Origin: a virus | Taxonomy: Duplodnaviria; Caudoviricetes | DNA: 53,167 bases | Strand: one strand, 5' to 3' | Virus record (IMG/VR): IMGVR_UViG_3300025120_000073 | Coordinates: 1 to 53,167 of that record | Shown here: positions 35,501 through 43,684 of the stretch, piece by piece | Numbering within the stretch: position 1 is the stretch's first letter | How the letters are laid out: each line of letters opens with the position of its first letter | Notes under the pieces: generated by a model | The model's database searches: none | The model's input: only the letters and a program-made list of their open reading frames with translations | What the model was told of the DNA's origin: nothing | Translations under genes and position numbers: made by a program

Positions 35501-38300
35501 ATGAACCCAAACCTTCATACATAGATTTAGATCTATCGTAATAAGAATATTTTCTTTCTGTTGGAACGCCATCTTTTACAGCGACATACTTTTTAGCTTT
35601 GGCAGCTTTTACTAATGATGCGTATTCTTGCTTTGTAAATAGCCCAAGATTTTTAAGAGCGTGTATAACCTCATGGTTCATTATACCTTTTAGGGCATCG
35701 AACTGCTCTTGCGCTGTTGCGTTAGGATCAACAGCCTCCATAGCTAGAGATATAACTCTGTTACCATCCTTGGCATCAAACTGACCCTCTGGGTCTACAT
35801 GAACATCTTGACCATTGATGTTTACAGTTCTAGCAAGAGTTTTTTCTGCTGTTAAAGCAACATCTCTAAGTCCAAGCCTTGTAAGACGTTTTCTTAAAGC
35901 GTTGAATACCTGTTGTTCTTTCGCTGTGAAGACATCGCTTTTTCTTCTGTTTAGTGCCAGATCAGCAACCGTTCTAGCTGTCTTGGCTTGCTTGGCTTCA
36001 GGAGCTATTTGCACTGGAGATGATGGAGCGTCTATCTTAGACTGAGCGGATTTAATAAAGTATTTTAATCTTTCTACATCGTTCTCAAGCTCTTTTATTG
36101 CAACCTGATCAATTTGAGGCACAGGTGCTTTTCTAGCTTTTAGTCTACGAAGCATTTTACGCTTTTCATCAAGCTCTGCTTTTCTATTATCAACGCTAGT
36201 TTGGAGAGCTTCTCTTTGACCCTGAGTTGTTTCCTGACTTTCTATCGCTTGCTTTTCTTCGGATGATAGTACTCTTGGTCTCTCTGTAGCAGGAATTGCT
36301 TGTCCTTGAGGATCTGTCTCAATTTTCTTTTCTAAATCAGTAACAGTCTTTTCTGCTCTGGCTATCTCACCTTCAAGTGAGTCAGCCTTAGCATTTAGCT
36401 GTCGAGCCTTTCTTACATTATTCTCTACTTGTTGCGCTCTTCTAGCATCCTCAAGAAGTTTCTTTCTGTAAGATCTTAGTCCTAATTTTCTTGATTGAAA
36501 CTCTTCATCAGTTTCGTTCTCTGCTTTTTTCTTAGCAGTTCTTTCTCCATCCAGTACTGTCCTGATATCATTGACAGTTTTTCTGTATGATGCCGCTTCA
36601 TCGAAAGAAGATTCGACATCTGCTTCAACAACGTACCCAGTCCTAACTCTATCAGATTTACGCAATAAGCCACGGCTTACCATCTCATCTCTGACATCAA
36701 GAACCATTTGTCGTGGCACCCTTTTTAGGCCTGTAGCCTTCAAAGCTTTTTGCACCGCGTTAAAAGTGTATTTCTTCTGAGCCTTAACCTCTTGTACGGC
36801 ACGGTCGTATTGCGATTGTGTGAAGCCTTTACCGCTAATTGGGCCGAAGTGTGCTGCACCGCCCCCTAGAGGCTTCTGCTTCCTTACTTCTCTATCAGCA
36901 ACATCTTCGCCAAGAACTCTTCTTATTTCGTCTACTGAAACAGGTGCTGTAGGATCTACTCCTTGTGCGTTTCTAGAATTTCTAATTCTAGTCTGCTCAT
37001 CTAGTGCCAAAGTTGACAGGTCTACTGGTATAAGCGGTAGTGTGGTTTCTCTAGCCGCTTGCAGAAGTGCCATCTTCTCTTCGTCAGTTGATAGCCTATT
37101 GTTATCAGCGGGTGGAGCCATTGATTCAATCTGCAAAGGCTGCTCATCAAGTCCTGCTAATTTCTTTACTTCCGCTTGCTTTTCTTCTAACTTTCTTTGC
37201 TCTTCTTCAGGATCTATTACTAAATCCTCATCAATCATTACTTTTGATTTGTTTACTTCTTGTACTTTAACAAGAGCTTGCTGTCTTGCTTCCTCTTGAT
37301 CTTCTTGAAGCTGTCGAGATTTTTCTTCTTCTTCTTTATTTTTATCTCTAACTCTTTGATCACCTGCTACTATATTAGTGCCGCCACGAACAGTACCACC
37401 AACAATACCTGCGGCTATAGCGACATCATAATAAATTTTTTGTGCCTCTTCATCAAATAAAGGCAAGCCTGCTTGGTATCTGTTTATAATTTCTTGACCA
37501 ACTTCTGATGGAATTTCTGCGACAGTACCAAGACCAACCCCTTTAACTCCACGAGTAAATATTCCACCACTTGTACTAAATGATTTTGAAATAATCCCAC
37601 CAACAAGTAGTCTGTCTATAATTAAATCTAAACCTGCTTGAGGAAGTGAATAAAGAAAAGCCGCGCCTTCATCTATTTCTGTTTTAATCCCTCTATCTAT
37701 TGCATCCTTTTGAGCTTCTCTGTTATCGCCATAAAAATAAGGAATGTTAGCAGCCAAACCACCAATTATAGCACCTGCACCAGTTCCGATAATGGGAATA
37801 AACGAACCTGCCACTGCACCTGCGGCAGAACCTCCAAGTGTAGACCCAAGGTTTGGAAGTTGTTGCCCAAGAGTTTCTGTGTAAAATTTTGCGTAGTCAC
37901 CAAATGTTTCGGCATCTTCTAGTTGTGTAAAGCCTTGAGCTTTTTCAGCTCTTTCTCTTTCATTTTTTTCAACAACATCAGCACCATAATTTTCTAGACC
38001 CTCTAGCCCAGTTACACTTCCTAATCCTTCTATAGATGACCCATATGCAGTTTGAAGAGCGTCAACACCTGCGCCTACAGCCTTACGAAACCCACCCTCT
38101 TCTTGAATAGGAACTTCTTGAGGAACATCCTCATTAGTTCTTTGACCGAAATAGTAATTGTAAGATTGTTTGTAGGGCTGCTCTTGCTGTGTAAGAAAGC
38201 TGTCTATCTTTTGCTGTTCTGCAGCGGTTGGTGTATCACCTGCTATTTGAACTGAGTATGCTTTACCTGAGAATTGACCTTTTTGTTGGATAACGCCCAT
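29553..38300 (-). CDS. giant internal-virion/ejection polyvalent protein with C-terminal LPD38-like domain
   Basis: 2915 aa, last gene of the ejection cluster; Gly-rich hydrophobic N-terminal helices; HEVIH zincin motif; EGNTR ParB-like segment; GLRHI segment; IPMPYG..FTGKPV..VSPDVLE C-terminus. Confidence 0.8.
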   Translation of the reverse strand: MGVIQQKGQFSGKAYSVQIAGDTPTAAEQQKIDSFLTQQEQPYKQSYNYYFGQRTNEDVPQEVPIQEEGGFRKAVGAGVDALQTAYGSSIEGLGSVTGLEGLENYGADVVEKNERERAEKAQGFTQLEDAETFGDYAKFYTETLGQQLPNLGSTLGGSAAGAVAGSFIPIIGTGAGAIIGGLAANIPYFYGDNREAQKDAIDRGIKTEIDEGAAFLYSLPQAGLDLIIDRLLVGGIISKSFSTSGGIFTRGVKGVGLGTVAEIPSEVGQEIINRYQAGLPLFDEEAQKIYYDVAIAAGIVGGTVRGGTNIVAGDQRVRDKNKEEEEKSRQLQEDQEEARQQALVKVQEVNKSKVMIDEDLVIDPEEEQRKLEEKQAEVKKLAGLDEQPLQIESMAPPADNNRLSTDEEKMALLQAARETTLPLIPVDLSTLALDEQTRIRNSRNAQGVDPTAPVSVDEIRRVLGEDVADREVRKQKPLGGGAAHFGPISGKGFTQSQYDRAVQEVKAQKKYTFNAVQKALKATGLKRVPRQMVLDVRDEMVSRGLLRKSDRVRTGYVVEADVESSFDEAASYRKTVNDIRTVLDGERTAKKKAENETDEEFQSRKLGLRSYRKKLLEDARRAQQVENNVRKARQLNAKADSLEGEIARAEKTVTDLEKKIETDPQGQAIPATERPRVLSSEEKQAIESQETTQGQREALQTSVDNRKAELDEKRKMLRRLKARKAPVPQIDQVAIKELENDVERLKYFIKSAQSKIDAPSSPVQIAPEAKQAKTARTVADLALNRRKSDVFTAKEQQVFNALRKRLTRLGLRDVALTAEKTLARTVNINGQDVHVDPEGQFDAKDGNRVISLAMEAVDPNATAQEQFDALKGIMNHEVIHALKNLGLFTKQEYASLVKAAKAKKYVAVKDGVPTERKYSYYDRSKSMYEGLGSSEATIEEESVAELFRDYADNKIKLSGKPRTLMQRIKDFFVSIVKSNNDVGISSVEDIFDNIRSGNIGARGIISSEKKPFQMILNRDFGDPEADVESEALAFSLKNFTPKLPFAPDGSRAHKLPHELLIEGSGRPETIQITQKYNRGNAERNNSSIEQILEQHPNATDSVENWMDAMQDAFGGEYIPAPPLVAIQYSSSPEAMAEKLKALTPELRKGVDEGFGHVKDLQNIYNSGNATPRMTLDLFIWGILSRGAGPVQQESAYIDVIDQAHPLLEKAVREPLTDDDLDRWMLEVSTAIPEGSPGKQVTMNVNAAAKLVSAMSQMIPNTNRTTLDLVHEQMVDQNVLASDIRETFLSNTEGAGIDNKVLSFILLVAGKDDVLVMDRIQGRHLWDDGRYGGANIYDGIGPNGEGLNGIFRGPKGILVTRMLENGMRKNVNKAYELVGRPNDASLGRFHWETWVIEGEQVVNHGSLKAIIDRKTVGTRVTEGKTDTFSSNMTYLKGSNATVVEYPLSDGDVVYMTPQTFKDFTGVMSKDASRKNSKTGIFKQGNFKVTSRADIPWFERVDEIDRGSVDKLAREYEDAKSNGSVLRSDERTGKSKDASRRGNSDLDRRYSLGSEATTGSRLTSADREGFIVAREKFGYRQDNPSVRDGNEEYILRKQKIAEEAAAGDPDGAVGKLLTGPITAVMGMDFEKKPLFIKTSFLRTLTGANDEVRSGSDARYQALREKVSKEGFDPEQADGQYGGSAIVVGVNHRGQPYIIEGNTRVAVGSEFDVPSIRAELKYFNGAEEVESDFSPDKIINFADTNITKDIDPAVAKEESSIEPSAFTEQQAQIIEDLTSDTQAVESTSFSLGNIEPKTIMKRPDLDPDDIRSNAHGFINKKPVFLRAGENTEVSGIGVGTGLRHILDRRHEGELKRYSNYSKYPRPVQKAIIDILEKFKRQGFKSDPEGVELSTEIDNGRPTAVLQWTRNTPEVSPPLTLVLVKDREAPNGAFEVKTFYANIQPEDRAIRNGKVQYSLNPASLPNQIQEKQYYQNYARSADFIGKAFRIALPADRAQKAADEVLRRFQDSFLPVGRMIQELKEQGLTIVDAMDTYLKEELYHRKTTNELLKREKGIYKNATDALNQLNVTDAEINNLQRISDSAANGKGFVSQAIESSKNKVLALGDIYLYASHAKERNAYIRANKDSNNPEGSAMSDREADAILDWFNSLNAENKTTVSNFGTAVKSIIKDTNKVRIDSGLIPKEFIEFTNYQNYVPLRGVFDPENEQDIGLGASLGGSFGGKGRQDPTALGRYKYATDIFATTIAQNQNSVVKSEKNLVGQSFLKLLRADTEKTGVYAKILDRIPTQRRTVMSDGRPVTKESPDFNAAQDPMIMTVKENGADVYVRFEDEKIAKAMKGSSGLGSASMNIINRGMLKVNRYLSNINTSYNPEFVVSNFLRDLSTAGVNVNQYEEKGMTKAILKGVRPALGGIEKSIRSTPIFAKSKTDPESNLEWSKIYEDFVEAGGKNATNQMDTIADQMNNLRGIIGDIGEAGQKGKFGIVKQKFLGKGKSLLQFMEDYNTIVENGVRVATYKALLDKGYNRERAAQAAGSVTVNFSKGGEYRSLMNAWYLFYNASLQGSFALLNAATRSKKVQQIWLGIIAAGVLQDQLNSLLSDEGEDGKLTYDKIPEYVLEHNFIIMNPFSERGYISIPMPYGLNMAHNVGRAMSQLARGGTDLKGAGNSIVGTTIDTLSPIGGIWDYGIDNAVAPTIADPFIDIISNEDFTGKPVFKEGFPGDRTPSSQLYWSTTSPSAKWIADNVNSLTGGSSASSGLVDVSPDVLEFWFEYITGGIGRFAQRTVELPTKLSGDGLQEELYRSIPFTRKIYSSVSPREDLGDYLEKRDKILIAKDELKAASESGSSEAVAKIRSDYADEIRFIGIIRQIENQRRKISRQINNVRDSRTLTDEKKKELLDRLDKAKQKLTKRANVLLKEFN
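33023..33034. repeat. dispersed palindrome, copy 10
   Basis: Exact copy in the giant gene as SSIE. Confidence 0.95.
35033..35044. repeat. dispersed palindrome, copy 11
   Basis: Exact copy in the giant gene as SSIE. Confidence 0.95.
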
Positions 38301-38314
38301 AGTCCAATCCTCAT

Positions 38315-40246
38315 TTATTTCGCAGTTGCATCAAGATCGACACCTAAAGAGCCTATGCCCCCAAGTAGAGATTGAAAATATTTTTCTTTGACAGAAAGAT
38401 CTGCAACTTCTCTTTTAAGACTTTCTACTGAATTTGCTAATTGCTTCTTTTGCTCATCATCATAAATTATTCCTTCTTTTGAGGGAGAAGTCATTTCGGC
38501 TATTTTTTCCATAAGGCTAGATTTTCGTGTTTGAATATTATTTAATCTTGAAATAACATTAGTACCCGAAAGACCGCTCTTATCCTTACCTGCGGCAGTG
38601 GCTCTAGCTTGTTCTAGCTTTCTTTGAGCATCGAGTAATGTAATCTTATCAGCTCTATATGATTTTCTAGAAGCCTGAAGATCTTCCACACCTGCCATAC
38701 CCGCTTCGCCCAAAGCACCACCAAACGTAGGATTGCTAGATGACATAAGTGCTAAACCCATTTTAGCTAAAGCTAGGTATTTATCTTGCTCTCTATCTTC
38801 TTCGTTTTCTTTCAACATGTTAGCGATTTCTGATTCAAGAGAGCTAACAGCAGAATTTGGGTCGGGCTTCTTTTTTGTGGGATCAATGAATAGATCGTCA
38901 TCTATTTTATCAGCAGGTTTTAAACGCTTATCTTCAGCATCCATAGATTTTGCTATCTGCATACCTTCATCCATTAGTGATTGTTCAGCAGATAAATTAG
39001 CAAACGTGTCTCCCAAAGAATCTAAATTAGAATTTCTAGCACTTAGGATGTCAGGCATAGCTCTATTAACAGGTGTTTCAGAAGTAAATTCAGGTATATT
39101 GTCTGTAGTATCTAAATTGCTTAGTTGCTGACTTCTTAATTTACCAATATTTTCCATAGCTTCTATGCTAGGAAGACCACTTGTAGACCTCCTTGACCCT
39201 GCAATACTTTCCATATCTAAAGGATTTTGCCCTTGATCTGGATATTGAAGAGCTGTGCCTTCAAATATCGTCTTTAGATCTGGGCTTTCAATTTCTGTCT
39301 CAGGATTTGACTTAAGCATATTAGATGCAGTGTCTATATTTTCAGAACTCCCTGTGCCTGTTACATCGAAAGCTTCTACGCTTGGGCCTTCGTAAGGCTT
39401 TAAGGTAAAATTTTTGTCCTTCACTAAAGGCATTTGAGGCAGGTCTCTAAATTCATCAGGCTGCTTATCAGTGGATGCAATTGATGGCATCTGATTACCC
39501 AGTGTAAACATTGGGTCAGGGGTATTAACAGGAGCTATCTCAGACATAGGATTAAAAGTATCTAGGTTCGCAGATATATTTCCTATTCCACCAAGATCAG
39601 TAGTAACATTTGGCCCAGTGTTTAAAACAGCACTTACAATCTCAGGACTTGTTACTTCTTGCCCACGCCTCATACTGCCGCTTCTGGAAGCTTTAAAAAC
39701 TCTGCCAGAACCATCTGTGAGGTATCTTTGACCCTCGTACACAACTTCTCTAGTTGGGCTACCTGCTGTTGCCATCTTAACAACGCCACCATCAGCTTTC
39801 TTTTCAACAGGTCTGTAGTCCCCACCAAAGTTAATCATTTCTGCGATAGACTTGCCGCCAGTAGCTTCCCTAACTTCTTCTTCTTCATCAGCACCTATAC
39901 TTCTTAGGTATGCCAACAGCATATCCATTCTATTGCGAGATGGCTTTCCACCCTTTTCCATCATCTCGACACCATCATTTTGTTCAATTGAACTTTTTGG
40001 AGCCATAGATCTAGCCATGTCCATTATGCCGCCTTGAGGTACACCTGCTGCAGAAACTACTTCTTGAGCAACTGTAGGTTGGTTTTGAGCTTGCCGACCT
40101 TCTATGTCTTGCTTCATTCGGTTGCGTCTGCCTAGCTCTGTAAGAACCAGAAACTGAGGAACCATCCCAGATGGCTTATTTATTTCACCAACTAGCTGCT
40201 GTTCAGAAAAGTTTTTAAGAGTGTCTTGTACTTCAACTATGTTCAT
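38315..40246 (-). CDS. putative internal virion / DNA ejection protein
   Basis: 643 aa, low complexity; LALAKMGLALMS..FGGALGEAG; between the pilot-like gene and the giant gene. Confidence 0.6.
   Translation of the reverse strand: MNIVEVQDTLKNFSEQQLVGEINKPSGMVPQFLVLTELGRRNRMKQDIEGRQAQNQPTVAQEVVSAAGVPQGGIMDMARSMAPKSSIEQNDGVEMMEKGGKPSRNRMDMLLAYLRSIGADEEEEVREATGGKSIAEMINFGGDYRPVEKKADGGVVKMATAGSPTREVVYEGQRYLTDGSGRVFKASRSGSMRRGQEVTSPEIVSAVLNTGPNVTTDLGGIGNISANLDTFNPMSEIAPVNTPDPMFTLGNQMPSIASTDKQPDEFRDLPQMPLVKDKNFTLKPYEGPSVEAFDVTGTGSSENIDTASNMLKSNPETEIESPDLKTIFEGTALQYPDQGQNPLDMESIAGSRRSTSGLPSIEAMENIGKLRSQQLSNLDTTDNIPEFTSETPVNRAMPDILSARNSNLDSLGDTFANLSAEQSLMDEGMQIAKSMDAEDKRLKPADKIDDDLFIDPTKKKPDPNSAVSSLESEIANMLKENEEDREQDKYLALAKMGLALMSSSNPTFGGALGEAGMAGVEDLQASRKSYRADKITLLDAQRKLEQARATAAGKDKSGLSGTNVISRLNNIQTRKSSLMEKIAEMTSPSKEGIIYDDEQKKQLANSVESLKREVADLSVKEKYFQSLLGGIGSLGVDLDATAK
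39982..39993. repeat. dispersed palindrome, copy 12
   Basis: Exact copy in the 643-aa gene as SSIE. Confidence 0.95.
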
Positions 40247-41109
40247 TACGTTAACCCACGATAAAGACTTAGACCTGCAACTCCTGCCCCAAGTGCCTGT
40301 TGCATTGGGTTATATGGCTGAAAGTTTTGCTGTGATGTATTTGGCCTGACAGGAACACCCTGAAGCATGTTTGAAAAGAAACCCAACTGATCTTTATTGA
40401 AATTCTGTTGGTTCATAAAGTCCTGATAACCTATATCCATACCTGCCTGTTGTTCTCCAAGCTGTTGCTTTCCTATGCCTTCAAGAAGTTGTGCGCCCTG
40501 TATGTCACCTGCTCTTCTAGCACTCCCAAGTTGTGCAAGCTGACCAAGCCCTGACATACCTGCTTGTCTGTCTGCATCAAAACCTGATCTAGCATCCCTA
40601 AAAGCAGCTTCTCTGCCACTAGCATCGATGTCTCCTAGCTGTTGCTGCAGACCTTCCTGCGCTAAGTAATCAGTTACGCCCTGTCTAGAACCACCAAACG
40701 CCCCCGCATTTACAGCTTGGGCATTTCTAGACGCACCCATACGGTTAAAATCTTGTATTGCACCCTGTTTTTGTCTATCTACAACCTGTTCCATGTATGG
40801 GTTCATGTAGTCTTGAGCCATTTGCCCAGTAAACTGACCCTGTCGAGATAGATCTCTAATACCACCTATAGCCTCTTGTGTCTCAGGCATACCCTGATTT
40901 GCCACGTTTCTAGCCATATCTCTTGAGTTAACTATGTCAGCTATGCTTCCAGACTCGGCTATTCTCTGACCCTGATATGGCTGATATCCTTGTAAGGATT
41001 CACCTTCAGCACGTTCCATAAGGTTTTCAAAGTACGGACGGGCGTAGTCAGGCAGTGAATTAATGACTGTCTGTTCTCCCGATTTTACTTGCTTATTACC
41101 CTTACCCAT
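40246..41109 (-). CDS. putative internal virion (pilot-like) protein
   Basis: Q/G/A-rich; YMNPY, AGAFGGSRQGV; hydrophobic C-terminal ALGAGVAGLSLY. Confidence 0.65.
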   Translation of the reverse strand: MGKGNKQVKSGEQTVINSLPDYARPYFENLMERAEGESLQGYQPYQGQRIAESGSIADIVNSRDMARNVANQGMPETQEAIGGIRDLSRQGQFTGQMAQDYMNPYMEQVVDRQKQGAIQDFNRMGASRNAQAVNAGAFGGSRQGVTDYLAQEGLQQQLGDIDASGREAAFRDARSGFDADRQAGMSGLGQLAQLGSARRAGDIQGAQLLEGIGKQQLGEQQAGMDIGYQDFMNQQNFNKDQLGFFSNMLQGVPVRPNTSQQNFQPYNPMQQALGAGVAGLSLYRGLT

Positions 41110-41552
41110 CAGTTTAACTCCATTTTATAGGCGATATAATCTGGCTTCCAACCATATTTTCTAAGCCAACGATCCCAACCCCTTCTTCCATAACCTTCTA
41201 AATACTTGCAGTTATGTATTTTAGCGTATTGAGATATTCTTTCTTGTGCCAACGGCAACCAATCCTTCATTCTCTTACCACCAATCCAGTCCATAGCCAT
41301 AGAGTTTCCTTGAGGATATTCTATTAATCTGGTGGTAATTGCGGCTATAATATCATCATCTCTATCGTGGTCAGCAACAATCCATAATACAATCTGATTA
41401 TCTACAATCTCTGGATACAGATCTTCTACTTTGTACTTTCCTTCTGCGGTCTTAACTGACTTTTCCATTATATCAGACACTTTAGACCAAACACTATCAA
41501 GAAATTCAACAGGAACTGGAGTAAACATTAATCCTGTTCTTACATCTTTCAT
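41109..41552 (-). CDS. putative GNAT-like protein of the podovirus tail/ejection module
   Basis: WIGG..W, CKYLEGYGRRGWDRWL..GW; position comparable to T7 gp13. Confidence 0.55.
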   Translation of the reverse strand: MKDVRTGLMFTPVPVEFLDSVWSKVSDIMEKSVKTAEGKYKVEDLYPEIVDNQIVLWIVADHDRDDDIIAAITTRLIEYPQGNSMAMDWIGGKRMKDWLPLAQERISQYAKIHNCKYLEGYGRRGWDRWLRKYGWKPDYIAYKMELN

Positions 41553-42619
41553 GACAACGCCTTACCCATTATCCCCATAGCATCTATTTCTTCAGGCTGC
41601 ATAGAAGATCCTGTTGCAGCTTTTCTAACATCTTCTCTCATCTTATCTAACTTTTCTGCACCTGCATCACTAGATCCGTTACCAATCATAGAAACTGTTG
41701 GAGCATCAACCACATACTCATCTTTACTTATAAGAAGATCTTGCTCTCCATCAATGGTTGCAGGAACTGAATCACTCATTCCGTCACCACCGCCATCAAT
41801 CATTCCTTCTGCCTTGCCACCAACATCATTGTATTCACCTTCTTGAACATCTTGAACTAGCTCTTGTAGAGCCTCTTCTCCGTACTTCTGTACGAATTGT
41901 GCCAAAGCTATTGATGCTGACTGCTCATCCATATTGCCTTTTACGGCATTTACAGCGTTTACAATAAGGTCTTTTTCGTTTGGTGGAGCTGCTGTTGGAG
42001 CTAAATCGGCTATACCGCCCTCTTGTATAAACTTAGTTTGCAGCTCATCTGCAGATGGATTTCTAAAGCCATAGTTAAATTCTGGATCTATTCCGGGCCT
42101 GTATCCCATTGGTGGCTGTTGTATGTTCTGTTGTATTGGTATTGTTTCTCTTGGCTTAAATGGTGTTTTTGCGGGATCTTCCTGTTGCTTAGAAGCATCT
42201 GCTAACATTGTGCCGCCCACTACACCTGCGGTTGTAAATGGATTTGTTTTGGCAAGGTTAACTCCAGTATCAAACGTACTTTGCAAGGCATTTTTGGCCC
42301 CACCAAGACTTTCAAGTGCGCCACTGGTGTTTGCAGGTGTTACTGCATTCGCCATTTGTGGATTTACCATATCTTTAAGTTTCGCTAGTCCTGTAGCATC
42401 TGGGTTCGGAGCAGCAAACTCTTTACCAAGACCACCTAGAAGCTTACCACCCATGAAGCTTGTTAAACCTGTACCTATAGCTTCATCTAAATCATCACCC
42501 TGAAGTAAACTACCTAAACCAGAGCCTATAGCTCCTGCTGCTAATGGACTTAAAGCTGAACCAAACATTCCGGGCAGTATTGCTGAACCTAAAAAGCTAC
42601 CTAAGAGGGGAAGTACCAT
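41549..42619 (-). CDS. putative internal virion protein
   Basis: Gly-rich hydrophobic N-terminus; C-terminal GDGMSDSVPA..ISKDEYVV..GNGSSDAGA. Confidence 0.65.
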   Translation of the reverse strand: MVLPLLGSFLGSAILPGMFGSALSPLAAGAIGSGLGSLLQGDDLDEAIGTGLTSFMGGKLLGGLGKEFAAPNPDATGLAKLKDMVNPQMANAVTPANTSGALESLGGAKNALQSTFDTGVNLAKTNPFTTAGVVGGTMLADASKQQEDPAKTPFKPRETIPIQQNIQQPPMGYRPGIDPEFNYGFRNPSADELQTKFIQEGGIADLAPTAAPPNEKDLIVNAVNAVKGNMDEQSASIALAQFVQKYGEEALQELVQDVQEGEYNDVGGKAEGMIDGGGDGMSDSVPATIDGEQDLLISKDEYVVDAPTVSMIGNGSSDAGAEKLDKMREDVRKAATGSSMQPEEIDAMGIMGKALS

Positions 42620-42634
42620 TTAAATCTCCAAAAA

Positions 42635-42646
42635 GTTCAATTGAAC
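42635..42646. repeat. dispersed palindrome, copy 13
   Basis: Exact copy just upstream of the GGAG RBS of the ejection cluster. Confidence 0.95.
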
Positions 42647-42678
42647 TTTAACATTTTATTACATTTTATACTATAGTA

Positions 42679-43290
42679 TTATTTTAACCAACCATAAATC
42701 TTTTTAGTTTCTTTTATACGATGATCTAGACCATTGTAACCACCGTTTACAACCTTAGTTACGCGCTTAATTGTGTCTTCATTTACACCTTCATCACATA
42801 TTTTCCATATGTTGTTTCTTTTGAAGAACCACAAAGCTGAATCCATAGCGTAATCATGAGATACAAGATCAGGGTTGTCCATGACCTCTGGTAGCCTCAT
42901 ATCGCTTGAAAACATCCTATAGTTGTCTCTGTGCGTTAATTGAAGGAAACCTCGACCCCGCCACACATAGCCTTGTCCCTCGTTACCGCCACGGTGTCCG
43001 TACACCTTGTCAGCAAGAGCTTGAGGGTTTCTAGCATACGGCTCTGCCTCCGCTGTTGTTTTAAAGTACTTACTAAACACCCTCAAACAAGACTCAACAG
43101 AATAGTTTAGATTTTCTGCCGTATGCTTAAAAGAACCACTTTCATGCACAGTCTGACCTAGCAGGTGTGCGCCACGCTCTGGTGACAGCTCAAGATGCAT
43201 AACCATAGCTTTAGCGGTATTGGGGCCAAACGCTCCATCTGGTTCTACACCACACTTTTCTTGCAGTAATTTTAATGCTTCAAACGCCAT
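42679..43290 (-). CDS. endolysin, glycoside hydrolase family 19, with N-terminal PG-binding motif
   Basis: LQ..GVEPDGAFGPNT; HESGSF, ENLNYS, RGRGFLQLT, VNGGYNGLDHR; start moved to MAFEALK. Confidence 0.9.
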   Translation of the reverse strand: MAFEALKLLQEKCGVEPDGAFGPNTAKAMVMHLELSPERGAHLLGQTVHESGSFKHTAENLNYSVESCLRVFSKYFKTTAEAEPYARNPQALADKVYGHRGGNEGQGYVWRGRGFLQLTHRDNYRMFSSDMRLPEVMDNPDLVSHDYAMDSALWFFKRNNIWKICDEGVNEDTIKRVTKVVNGGYNGLDHRIKETKKIYGWLK

Positions 43291-43684
43291 CAGCTTCATT
43301 CCTTTTAGCCATAAGATCTTCAAGGTTCCTTACTTTAGTGCCGCCATCGTAAGGCCAAGCATAACCCTTATCAATCATAACCTGATTAATAGACTTTGTG
43401 TCTTCATCTGATTTGTACAGCCAACCAAGCATACGCCCGAACTTACCATCTTTTTCAGTTCTTACGGTAAGCTTTGTTGCTTCCATAAGATGCATCTCCA
43501 AGAACTCTGTAGCTTGATAACCCATCTCTTTTTCTTTTGGGTTTTTAGTTCTCTTCTCTGGTGTATCTATACCCGCGAGCCTAACCCGCTCTTTCTTGGT
43601 GAGATCGAACCCAAGATCTATGCTGATGTCTATTGTGTCACCATCAACAACTCTATCTATAGATTTTACAAAATAAGTGTACAT
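43280..43684 (-). CDS. thermonuclease (staphylococcal nuclease) family protein
   Basis: RVVDGDT, RVRLAGIDTPE, GKFGRMLG, INQVMIDKGYA. Confidence 0.9.
   Translation of the reverse strand: MYTYFVKSIDRVVDGDTIDISIDLGFDLTKKERVRLAGIDTPEKRTKNPKEKEMGYQATEFLEMHLMEATKLTVRTEKDGKFGRMLGWLYKSDEDTKSINQVMIDKGYAWPYDGGTKVRNLEDLMAKRNEADGV

Noticed and set aside
29947-40037. Many plus-strand ORFs opposite the giant and 643-aa genes, and similar shadows elsewhere (e.g. 5-337, 4476-4955, 43490-44023)
   Set aside because: Antisense shadows of well-supported genes, with non-ATG starts and S/L/F-rich composition.
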